A stretch of 64,000 bases of DNA, taken from the NCBI GenBank assembly GCA_000165345.1, contig CM000436.1:640001-704000 (forward strand). The letters are read 5' to 3'. Position numbers and translations under genes: made by a program. This document shows, one piece after another, positions 1 through 9,272 of the stretch (its first letter is position 1; each line of letters starts with the position of its first letter). The notes beneath the pieces were generated by a model. The model saw only the letters and a list, made by a program, of their open reading frames with translations. It did no database searches and had not been told where the DNA came from.

Positions 1-1086
1 CAACAATGAGATGGAAGTATTAGTGGACATTTCATGGTCATATTTAGAAGCAACTTCAAAGTATGCTGCTAATGAATTTTCAAGTACTAATAAAGTGCAA
101 TCAGAGAATTCATTGAATCCAAATTCTCGTTTCTCCATCTTTTTCTGTAAGTCCTTAATAGACTTCTTATACTCATCTAAGATATCATCTTTTGCTTGTT
201 CACATCTAAATCTTGAAACAAGCTTGATTTGAGACGGTATATTTAGCTCTTGGCAATCCACAATACACTTCCAGACAGTTTTACAATACATCTCAAGCCC
301 TTCTAAGGGAATACGTCTGGTATAATCCTTTGGTAGAATGGATGTAGTTAGATCATACCTGATTGTAGCAACAACTTGCTTAAATCCATCATAATCATTT
401 GGTAAAGATGGGATTCCATATACTTTGACTTCAAATATATCAGAGAAGGAAGCAGGAATTTGATTTCCAAGAGAATTCTGTGACTCAGCAACTTGTCTCC
501 AAAGTAAATCCAGAATCTGAACAACTTTCCTTCCAAGCATTTCATCGTTATCATTAATAGTAATATCTCTAACGGCAAATAGTAAGGTAGTCTTTCTGAT
601 ATTTCCTCTAGTTATTCCATTTTGGTCAAGTTTAAGACTAAACCAAGAATTTAAGATAGTTTTTAAAAGACCAAAGTTAGAAGAACTATAGGTAGTTAAA
701 TTCATCAATGGGATATTTAAGATCATACAGTCAGAAACTGCGAGAGAAAATAGGGCAGCTCTATTTTCAAAAGTAGCTCTGTCTTCACCCCTCTCTAAAC
801 TATCAGTACCTTCAACATCCCAAATTAAAATAGGAGAGTTAAAACTCTCTGTTCCACATCCAAGCCATAAACCTTTAGTTGTCTGGCAGTATCCAGATGT
901 AAGTTTATCTAGAACCTTAAAATGAGTGCCAAAGAGAGTATTCAGTAAAGTACTCTTCCCAGTACTTTGACATCCCAAAATACTAATCACATTAAATCCC
1001 AGTGTATTTTGACTAGTTGATATATCTTTAAGAACTTCTCCCACTTCTTCTTTGAAGTTGCAGTCGTAGTCAATAATTTGTCTCAT
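1..1086 (-). CDS. SEY1: Sey1/RHD3-type dynamin-like GTPase, N-terminal part only; the gene continues past the window start
   Basis: Minus-strand ATG at 1086..1084 opens a frame that stays open to position 1: MRQIIDYDCNFKEEVGEVLKDISTSQNTLGFNVISILGCQSTGKSTLLNTLFGTHF... The P-loop GCQSTGKSTLLN matches the Sey1/RHD3 G1 motif (GxQSxGKSTLLN), followed by a DVEGTD switch region. The track's ORF 348..578 lies in a different frame inside this gene. Confidence 0.7.
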   Translation of the reverse strand, partial: MRQIIDYDCNFKEEVGEVLKDISTSQNTLGFNVISILGCQSTGKSTLLNTLFGTHFKVLDKLTSGYCQTTKGLWLGCGTESFNSPILIWDVEGTDSLERGEDRATFENRAALFSLAVSDCMILNIPLMNLTTYSSSNFGLLKTILNSWFSLKLDQNGITRGNIRKTTLLFAVRDITINDNDEMLGRKVVQILDLLWRQVAESQNSLGNQIPASFSDIFEVKVYGIPSLPNDYDGFKQVVATIRYDLTTSILPKDYTRRIPLEGLEMYCKTVWKCIVDCQELNIPSQIKLVSRFRCEQAKDDILDEYKKSIKDLQKKMEKREFGFNEFSDCTLLVLENSLAAYFEVASKYDHEMSTNTSISLL

Positions 1087-2494
1087 AATTTTTTTTTCTT
1101 TTTTTAAAGTCAAAGACCCTTTTAATATGTAATTTAGCTTAAAAGGTTTTGTATTGGAATAAATATTATAAAGCTATTTGGAAGAAGTAATGATTAATTA
1201 TCTAGTGTCTCCTTGTAGCAAGAAACACAAATTTAAATCTTCCAAAGACTTTGCAAAACCAAACAACAATTTAGTTGTGGAGATTTTCTTTTAATTGTTT
1301 TGTTTATAACTTTATTTATCACCCTCACTGTTTTGGCGCGTGAACCTGGCTTCAATTCAAAGTTCAAATGATTTTTGACTTAAAAATGATCAGGCTATTA
1401 TCACAGGTAAAAGCTAAATATAAGCTCTATATGAGAAAACAATCATTTAAATTCTTTCTTGATTTTATGAACCTTTGTTGATCTTTCTTTGAAATGTATT
1501 TTTTTCCCACCCAATTAACATTGAAAATGCATGCAAGTTTTACCGCCAAATGTTTGAACAAAAAGAATTATTGCTTGTATTTGATGGTGAAATAGACTGA
1601 ATTTGAATTAAATAAATGGGTAAATACAGATAAAATTTAGGATTTTCTTAAGATTTTCTAGAAATTAGAATAGATGATCGCTTAATATTTGTTCTGAGGT
1701 AAATGGCATTGAGAGAGATTGATCAAGAGTGAAGTTTAGTTTATCGGCTGTTTATCTGAAAGCAGGTTGGTAATACACGAAATTGAATGCTAAATGGGAA
1801 CAAATGCGTTAATTTTTCAACTTATGGCTAATAAATAACTAATGGAGTTTCAGAAATTTTAATAGATATTGTGAATTGCACGGTTTTGTTGTTTTCCATT
1901 TCCAAATTAAAAACTAATAATTAAATAAAGTAGAAACTATGGATGAAAATTGATTGCCATTGTTTAGTTTTAATGGCGACATTAGATAGGGAGAAAAAAA
2001 AAAATCATTTTTTTTTAGGGGAAGAGGGGATAATAATAGTTTTATTTCATTTCTTTAAAGCCAACAAAGTCATTCACAAACGGAAAAAAAACTCCAGAAT
2101 TATCACAAAATCATATTTTATCTTTTAAATTAATTTACGCATTGTGCCAAATATTGCATGCAAGAATATGACAATCTTTTTTTCATGTCTACTATTGCTC
2201 TCCTTACTGACTCTATCTCTATCTTTTCTTGTTATCCACTCCTCTTTCATACAATCTATCAATAAGGTTTATATTTAACTGCTATAGTTTTAAAAAAATA
2301 TATATTAATAAATTATTAAGGCACACGGTTTTGGCGGTAAGTTGATATATTTTCTAATTTTTATGACAAACCAATAGAAATAAATAATACAAGATTCGAA
2401 AACTTGGAGTGATAGAATTTATTCATTTTATAAATAAAATAGGTTAATATCCAAGTTTTGTATCTTAATTGGTCCATACAGGAATTAGAAGAAA

Positions 2495-3419
2495 ATGGAG
2501 TTATCACTATGTTTCGAGAACCAAATGATTATTAAGGTAAGTAATTATATATAAGGATTAATAATAGAATAACTGAATACTAAATGATTAGCTACCTTCT
2601 TCAGTAATGGAGAAACTTAGAGAGAGAAAACATGGAGAAGTAGTTGGCTCTCTTAAATATGATGAAGATGGAAAGGTATGTTACTTTTTATATATGAGAA
2701 AAAACTGTAACAATTGTTAATTTTGTCTTATATCCTTGAAATTACTCTAATATCTATAGAGGGAGTGGGAAATTCTAAACTCAAAATTTTCAGAAACTAA
2801 AACAGGTAATACAGAAACTGATTCATTAAATCAAAATGAAAAAAGTGGATATTTGTTTATGAATACACCAGATAAACCAGATAAAATTTCAATGTACCCT
2901 TCCAAAATTCATACATTAGTTAGAAAAGGGAACTTTGTAACCGATGATATTAGACGTAGAATTAAAGAGAAAACTAAGAAGTCATCCACCATTGAGGATA
3001 CTAAGAGAATCGTTGGAGCAATGTACGAATCAAACTCTCAACCATTCATTTATTATGATATTAAGTCTGACCAGATGTCAGACGAGCCCAGAAATAGCTC
3101 GCTTAGCTCAATATATAAGAAGAAGCCGGCCACATCAAGTAGTCAATCTTCTGCTAATATAGAAGGTAATAATTATTCTTCAGGATTAAGCTCGAGTGCA
3201 AACAATTTAAATAGTAGTTCATTAGAAAGCTTAAAGGAGAATATTTTCAAAATATTCGAAGAAAAAGGAAGCGAAGGAGTTTCACTCAAGGAAATTGAGG
3301 ATAAAACAATGAAGCCCAAACATATTCTCAAGAAAATTGTTGAAGAAATTGCAGTTCAAGCAGGTAGAGGCGGAAGAAGGCATATATGGTATTTGAAACC
3401 ACAATTTATTGGTAAATAA
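2495..3419 (+). CDS. TFIIF beta (RAP30)-like winged-helix protein. The main ORF is 2859..3419; a putative 3-exon model is join(2495..2536, 2592..2675, 2805..3419)
   Basis: The C-terminus ENIFKIFEEKGSEGVSLKEIEDKTMKPKHILKKIVEEIAVQAGRGGRRHIWYLKPQF follows the RAP30 winged-helix pattern (FEKHQYYNLKDL...KQPVVYLKEILKEIGVQN...WELKPEY). Upstream, two in-frame candidate introns are 2537-2591 (GTAAGT...TTAG) and 2676-2804 (GTATGT...AACAG). They extend the frame to ATG 2495 or 2607. Confidence is good for the main ORF and low for the upstream exons. Confidence 0.45.
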
Positions 3420-3819
3420 TTCAAAAAAATTTTGTTTTATCATCACTTTTAAAAAATTTCTATTTTTAAAAATAGTATTTCTATTCCTAAACATTTTTTC
3501 CTGCATGCGATGTTTTTTCATTGGTGTTTGGCGCCATGTGTGGGGAAATTGAACACCTATGCAAATTTGCGTTGTCAGAATGCAAAATTGCAAATTTACC
3601 GGCGCACATAGGAAATAAATTATCGGGTTTTATTAAATATAAATAAAAAAAGTTAATTGTTTCAAAATTTCGGAATACTTGACCAAAATTTATTTCCTTA
3701 CAAAATGTTTAGAAGATGGCTGTTTTAAAAAAAGTATAATAAACAAAAGAATTAATTATTGCAACAAATTCTTCATAGTGAAAAACTGAATGGTGATGTA
3801 ATTTTCATTGGTTTCACTG

Positions 3820-5799
3820 ATGAGAAGAGTATTTGGATTTTTACAAGCCTACTTTAATGGTTTTTTTGATCTAATAAAGGATGATTTTGGAACAAATGAG
3901 ATAAATCACAATAATTTTAATAGTGCAATTAATTGGGTAGGTAATAAAACAATATTAGAGGCAGAAATTGAAGAATTAGAAGAAGAAAAGGAAGAGGAAG
4001 GTGAAGAAGGATCGCCTAATGAGAATGTTTTCCTTTATTCAAATTGTGATGCCTATGCAGGAGAGTTTCAAATGTCCAAAAGAAATGGTTGGGGTGTTTA
4101 CTTGAAATATACAGGCCAAAAATTCGAGGGACTATGGAAAGATAATGTAAGGAATGGATTTGGAATGCAAACAATTGGAAATTCAATCAAATTTGTTGGA
4201 CAATTTAAAAATAATGAATGTGACGGACAAGGAATAATATTTCATCAAAGTGGATTAATGTATTCAAGTAACTGGTCAAAGGGAGAGTTAGTTAACAGAA
4301 AATTATTATTTGAGAATTGGAAGGATGAACTATTGGAGTTATTCCCTGAAAACTCAAAAGAAGAGGTAAATGAAAAGTCTGCTCAAGTTACTTCAAATAA
4401 TATTGTGGATGATAGTAATGGAATATTAAGGAAAAAAATTAAGGATGAACTTGAAAATCTGCAAAATAAAAGTAACTTCAGGCCATATAATTTAGAGGAG
4501 AAGTCAGAAGTTACTGCAAAATCTGTAAACAATGTTAATTTTACTGAAAATATTATTGGAGAAGAAGGTCGTATTCAAACTATAAGTTCAAAAATTAATA
4601 ACTACAATGCAATAAAAACTTTATCTAATGAAATTGAAAGTAAAACATTAAGTTTTTATAATACAGATAATTCTGCAGAATGCTGTTTAAGCTGGAATAT
4701 GTACCAAGTTGCATATTTTGTTAAATGTATTGGATTGTCAAAATACGTTAAAAACTTTATTTTGAATGAAATTGATGGTTGTACATTACCTTATATTGGA
4801 TTTGAAGAATTAAAAGAAATGGGAATTACAGAAATCACTCATATAAAGTACATTCGTATGTCACTTTCTTTGTTACTAAAGCTAAGACTTAAATGCATTA
4901 GAAAACAGACTTTCACTCCACAGAAATTGATTGATGATGAATATCTTAAAAGTTTTGAAATTCCTGCAAATGAACTTAATTTAAAGTGTAGGATTGGGGA
5001 AGGAGGATATGGAAAAGTATACAAAGCAATTTGGACAACTAGAGGAATCACAGTTGCAGTAAAAGCGTTTAGAAGAAGAGATAAGCATGCTTTGGCTAGG
5101 GAGTTTTACTCGGAGTTAACAATAATTTCTAGGATTAGGCATCCAAATGTGACTTTATTTTTAGGGGTCGTAATGTCCCCACTGTATTGCTTAGTTACAG
5201 AATTGGTTCCTAATGGATCATTATTTGACCTACTCCACACAAAGAATTCATATTTGACATCCACCCAATTATTGAAAATATCTAGGGATATTTGCTGTGG
5301 TATGGCATATTTACATGAAAATGGAGTCTTACATTGCGATCTAAAGAGCAGCAATATACTTTTATCTGGGAACTTTAATGTAAAGATTGGTGATTTTGGT
5401 TTATCTACTCTTATGGAGTCACCTTTAGAAACAAGAAAAATGTTGGGATGTATCGGAACGCATCACTGGATGGCTCCAGAAATTTTAAGAGGTGAAGGAT
5501 TTACCAAGTATGCTGATGTATATAGCTTTGGAATCATTCTTTGGGAGATGATTACAAAGAAAATTCCTCATGAAGATCTTAATATAAATCACATTGTTGC
5601 GTCTGTGGGATATGGCCACAAGGAATTAATTATCCCAGAGAACATTCCATCGACAATAAAGACTGTAATAAAGAAGACATGGAGCAGGAACGTAAGAAAT
5701 AGGCCAAATTTCAAGCAATTAACAAATATATTTGATCAGCTTTATCAGAGTAGTATTTTGGATATTGAAGAAAATCTATTAGCATTTTTTGGCCAGTAG
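3820..5799 (+). CDS. Protein kinase (TKL-like) with N-terminal MORN repeats and a central SAM domain
   Basis: First in-frame ATG is at 3820; the track's M at 3808 is TTG. MORN-like repeats: YAGEFQMSKRNGWGVYLKYTGQKFEGLWKDNVRNGFGM. SAM-like segment: WNMYQVAYFVKCIGLSKYVKNFILNEIDGCTLPYIGFEELKEMGI. Kinase motifs: GEGGYGKVYKA, VAVKAF, HCDLKSSNILL, DFGLS, HWMAPE. Confidence 0.8.
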   Translation: MRRVFGFLQAYFNGFFDLIKDDFGTNEINHNNFNSAINWVGNKTILEAEIEELEEEKEEEGEEGSPNENVFLYSNCDAYAGEFQMSKRNGWGVYLKYTGQKFEGLWKDNVRNGFGMQTIGNSIKFVGQFKNNECDGQGIIFHQSGLMYSSNWSKGELVNRKLLFENWKDELLELFPENSKEEVNEKSAQVTSNNIVDDSNGILRKKIKDELENLQNKSNFRPYNLEEKSEVTAKSVNNVNFTENIIGEEGRIQTISSKINNYNAIKTLSNEIESKTLSFYNTDNSAECCLSWNMYQVAYFVKCIGLSKYVKNFILNEIDGCTLPYIGFEELKEMGITEITHIKYIRMSLSLLLKLRLKCIRKQTFTPQKLIDDEYLKSFEIPANELNLKCRIGEGGYGKVYKAIWTTRGITVAVKAFRRRDKHALAREFYSELTIISRIRHPNVTLFLGVVMSPLYCLVTELVPNGSLFDLLHTKNSYLTSTQLLKISRDICCGMAYLHENGVLHCDLKSSNILLSGNFNVKIGDFGLSTLMESPLETRKMLGCIGTHHWMAPEILRGEGFTKYADVYSFGIILWEMITKKIPHEDLNINHIVASVGYGHKELIIPENIPSTIKTVIKKTWSRNVRNRPNFKQLTNIFDQLYQSSILDIEENLLAFFGQ

Positions 5800-5890
5800 G
5801 CCTTTTTATATTAACATTTATATGGTAGAAAATAATTAGTAGTCAATAATTGTTGTTATAATTGAGAAAGTTTTAACAGTAAAACTCATT

Positions 5891-8632
5891 TTACTCAAAT
5901 TCCTTCCAAAAATCATCACTGTCTAAGTCTAATTTAGTAGATAACTTTTTCCCAGGCATTTTTTCTACTTTTGAATTCTTGCTAGTAGAAAATTGATCAG
6001 TAATTAATGGCAGATTGTCCATTATTTCCTTCTTTCTATCATTATTGGCACTATAACTTGGCAAGTTAGTGACGCCGGTAGGTTCACTCTGGTACAAAAT
6101 ATTATTCCGAGAATTACTACCCAAATTTAATGATCCAAAGTTAGATTTCACTCTAGAATTGTCACTCTCAATTATATTAGGATTAGAAGAAACTGACTTA
6201 TTGCCATTATTATGATCACTTGAAATACTAAAATCAAATAAATCGCTTTCAAAGTCATTCCAATCTACATCTTTCTTATCATTAGAGTTCCCGCCGGCTG
6301 CCGATATTCCAATTCCCATACCGGTGTTGTAAGCAGATTTTGATTGCAAGTTTTGTGCATGCGCATGCATTTTGTTATTGGCTGACATGCAATTATTATT
6401 AATGGCGGGAGTTTCTTTAGTTTTTGGCAAGTTATTTTTTTCAAGAGTAAAGTTAGAGTTGGAAATATGTTTATTTTGAAGGTTAGCAGATTGTTGATCA
6501 AATACATTGCTTGATGACTGGGTAATATTATTATTATTATTATTATTATTGCTATTAATTCCAGTATTTGGTTTTGGTTCTTTTTGGGATGCTAGTTTCT
6601 CTTCTTCTAGTCTAATTCTATCTTGCTCCTGTTTAAGCTTGATTTGTTCTTCAATGTATGGAGCTAAAATATTGGTCACATTTTTAATCAGAGTCAAAGA
6701 TATTTCCATAATTTCGGGTTGGCCTTCCATAAAGCCATTAGCAGAAACACTTGGGAGAATTTGTTGAGTAATTATAGTTGGAGAGTAAAAGTGAATGGTA
6801 GATAGAAGAGCCTGAATGGCAGCCTTTCTGCAAATGGGGAAAGGGTCCTTAATCGTTGAAAGGTATACCTTATTTAAAATTGTCGCATGGTATTGCTCTG
6901 GTAAGACATTCATTAATTTAGCAAAGCAAATAACAGTGTTGCTTCTAATAATGACTTCGGGGTCTTTTGAAAGAACAAACATTGCACACACAAGCTTATC
7001 AACAGCTATTTGAGATCCACTATTCCCTCCAAAAGCATTTAATAGGGCAGCACTATTCTTTTTCCAACCCTCCTTTATGGAGTACATAAAATCATTGGAT
7101 GTATTTGACTTGGAGTTTTGGTTTTTCAAGGTTTGGCCATCATCCTCAATAGAACAGCTTTTCTCAGTATCTTCCTTAAGAAGAATAGGAATAATTACAA
7201 TCATGCTTTGAAGAGTTGTTTCTCTTATCACATTAGTGGTATCTTGAAACCCAACTAAGATGGACTCAATGCAGCTCTGGAAAATCTCTTTCAAAAGAAA
7301 CCTTTCATATTTTGAAATATTCTTAAGTAAAGTATATCTAATGGATCTATCATTTTGACAGAGAAGAAATTTTGTTACTGTGTAGAATGACCTCAAAATA
7401 AATTTCGGGCATGTTGTAACATCTTTAAAAGGCTCCATCAAGGTTAATACTAAAGGGAATACGCTCGGGGTGCACTGACTAAAGTTTATTAAAAGCTTTT
7501 CAAGAATCCTTTGGATAATAATAATGTTGGTAGAGCTATCTCCATGCACTTTAATACTAGTAAGTAAATGTGGAAGGTACTGAGTACAAAAAATTTGTTT
7601 GTCTTCTGGAGACTTCAACATAAAATCATTTAATTGGTTCATAAGCTCTACAAAAGGTGAGTTATTATTAATTAAACTTAGACCATTTTCTATATCAATT
7701 TCTCTATTTGTATTCATACAAGTTAACAATTCACTTAACCAGTCATGAAGCCAACGTGGAATCAAATCGTTTTCAATAGTAAGAACATCTCCATTCATAT
7801 AAGGTAACTTCAATGACTCAATAAAACCTTTTCTTTGCATGATTTTTGATTGGTTAGCAATATTACTGTATATATCTGATGGGTTCAAATTGGAAGATAC
7901 TTGATATGACCAATAAATCAGGCATCCAAGATTCCAAAGATCAAGACTCTTAGGGTTTCTCGATACTCTAGCAAATTTCCATCCCATTATATTATAAGCA
8001 GTACTTTGTTTTGAAATATCATCCATATAATAACTACTTGTATCACTCAGAGATATAGCGTTTTCAAATCCACCAAGTTTCCAAGAACCCTCAAAATTTA
8101 AATAAATTGTCAAAGGACTAATATTCCCATGCAAAAGTTTTCCATCATTGTGCAAGAACTTTAGCCCTTTAATGATCTCATATAATCCTGAAATACAGTC
8201 CTTTGGAAAACCTATTTCATATTCTGATTCCTTTGAATTATCATCATATGTAACAAAAGAATGATTAATATTTACTGAAAGGTTATAAAGCGACACACAT
8301 GGTTCAGTTATAATATAATAAGAGTTTGGAACTTCTAAAGTGTCATATACCTTCAAAATACAGGGATGTATTAGGCTCTTGCATTTTTGAAATTGGTTTT
8401 TTGCAAGCTTTTTTGCTGTTTCAAATGGAATAAACCCAAGTACATTTTCATTACCAGAATTTTGAGTTTTGTCAAAAACAAAAACACTACAAGTTTGCTC
8501 TGGTTTATTCTTCCTGCAGCCTCTATAATGGGTCCAAATACTATAGTCCTCCCCTTTTACTTTCTCGCCTATAGTATAACCAAAGTTACTTGGCAAATCG
8601 TTAAATAGCTTTGAAATCAAAGAAGAAAACAT
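5891..8632 (-). CDS. SCY1-like protein: N-terminal pseudokinase, HEAT repeats, C-terminal low-complexity and coiled-coil tail
   Basis: ATG at 8632 (the track's first M at 8635 is TTG). The N-terminus GEDYSIWTHYRGCRKNKPEQTCSVFVFDK...LKFLHNDGKLLHGNISPLTIYLNFEGSWKLGGFE has the SCYL1/NTKL layout and lacks canonical catalytic motifs. A poly-Asn (AAT)n tract and an N/S-rich tail follow. Confidence 0.7.
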   Translation of the reverse strand: MFSSLISKLFNDLPSNFGYTIGEKVKGEDYSIWTHYRGCRKNKPEQTCSVFVFDKTQNSGNENVLGFIPFETAKKLAKNQFQKCKSLIHPCILKVYDTLEVPNSYYIITEPCVSLYNLSVNINHSFVTYDDNSKESEYEIGFPKDCISGLYEIIKGLKFLHNDGKLLHGNISPLTIYLNFEGSWKLGGFENAISLSDTSSYYMDDISKQSTAYNIMGWKFARVSRNPKSLDLWNLGCLIYWSYQVSSNLNPSDIYSNIANQSKIMQRKGFIESLKLPYMNGDVLTIENDLIPRWLHDWLSELLTCMNTNREIDIENGLSLINNNSPFVELMNQLNDFMLKSPEDKQIFCTQYLPHLLTSIKVHGDSSTNIIIIQRILEKLLINFSQCTPSVFPLVLTLMEPFKDVTTCPKFILRSFYTVTKFLLCQNDRSIRYTLLKNISKYERFLLKEIFQSCIESILVGFQDTTNVIRETTLQSMIVIIPILLKEDTEKSCSIEDDGQTLKNQNSKSNTSNDFMYSIKEGWKKNSAALLNAFGGNSGSQIAVDKLVCAMFVLSKDPEVIIRSNTVICFAKLMNVLPEQYHATILNKVYLSTIKDPFPICRKAAIQALLSTIHFYSPTIITQQILPSVSANGFMEGQPEIMEISLTLIKNVTNILAPYIEEQIKLKQEQDRIRLEEEKLASQKEPKPNTGINSNNNNNNNNITQSSSNVFDQQSANLQNKHISNSNFTLEKNNLPKTKETPAINNNCMSANNKMHAHAQNLQSKSAYNTGMGIGISAAGGNSNDKKDVDWNDFESDLFDFSISSDHNNGNKSVSSNPNIIESDNSRVKSNFGSLNLGSNSRNNILYQSEPTGVTNLPSYSANNDRKKEIMDNLPLITDQFSTSKNSKVEKMPGKKLSTKLDLDSDDFWKEFE
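6524..6553. repeat. (ATT/AAT)n microsatellite of about 9 units inside the SCY1-like CDS, coding poly-Asn
   Basis: Direct read: atattattattattattattattattattgct. On the minus strand this is AAT codons giving NNNNNNNNNN. Confidence 0.85.
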
Positions 8633-8913
8633 CAATATTTACATCTAACAGAAGCACTTGTTATTGGATAATCGGAAAATCTTGAAGGTAATTAACTGGC
8701 TCTTTTTAATTATTTATTTTACTCACTAAATTAATTAATTACTTGGAGTTATTTAATCAAAGTTACTTTGAAAGTTAAAAAACACAAAATTTAAAGTTTA
8801 CCGATCTCAGAAGCTAATCAAACCAATTAATACCCAAAACAACCATTGCTCAATTATTCCTGCCTTTTTGTTCTTTTGTAATATATTTACTGTATTAAAA
8901 AATGTAATAAAAT

Positions 8914-8925
8914 TGGGCGGGAAAA
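8914..8925 (+). promoter_or_regulatory. E2F/DP-like box TGGGCGGGAAAA in the divergent spacer between the SCY1-like gene and the formin gene
   Basis: GC-rich core in a >85% AT spacer; same motif class as the other 18 intergenic occurrences. Confidence 0.5.
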
Positions 8926-9272
8926 ATAGAGATCTAAAAGCAATTTAATTAATTTTTTTTTTTTTTTAATGACGATACTACCTATACCGGTATTTTATAA
9001 TTATAAAGAAATAATTTCAAAAGAAAACAAATCGAATCAAAAATTTATTATTTGAAGATTAATCATCTTTTTGAGATTTGTGAAGTTAAGTAAATAATAT
9101 TTCTTATTAATATTTAATTCAGTTATATGGTTACAGAGATTAAAAGCCGATAGCAATATTTTAAGAGTATTTAATATAATGCAAAATAAATAGAATCTGA
9201 GAGAATTTGGTCTGAAAATAAATACAGAAGTGAATTAGCAAATAATAGCTTCTGGATTCACAAGAACGAACG

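Noticed and set aside
348-578. 76-aa minus ORF from the track
   Set aside because: It is an alternate frame nested inside the Sey1 GTPase gene, whose own frame is open across this interval.
3808-3819. Track-reported start codons at 3808, 8635, 14616, 17351, 34359, 34735, 39441, 40523, 43753 and 46847
   Set aside because: These are TTG or GTG, and the ORF finder applied a prokaryote-style start table. For a eukaryotic genome each was moved to the first in-frame ATG downstream.
6507-6767. 86-aa plus ORF with a poly-Leu tract
   Set aside because: Antisense reading of the (ATT)n repeat and flanking SCY1-like coding sequence; an artefact.
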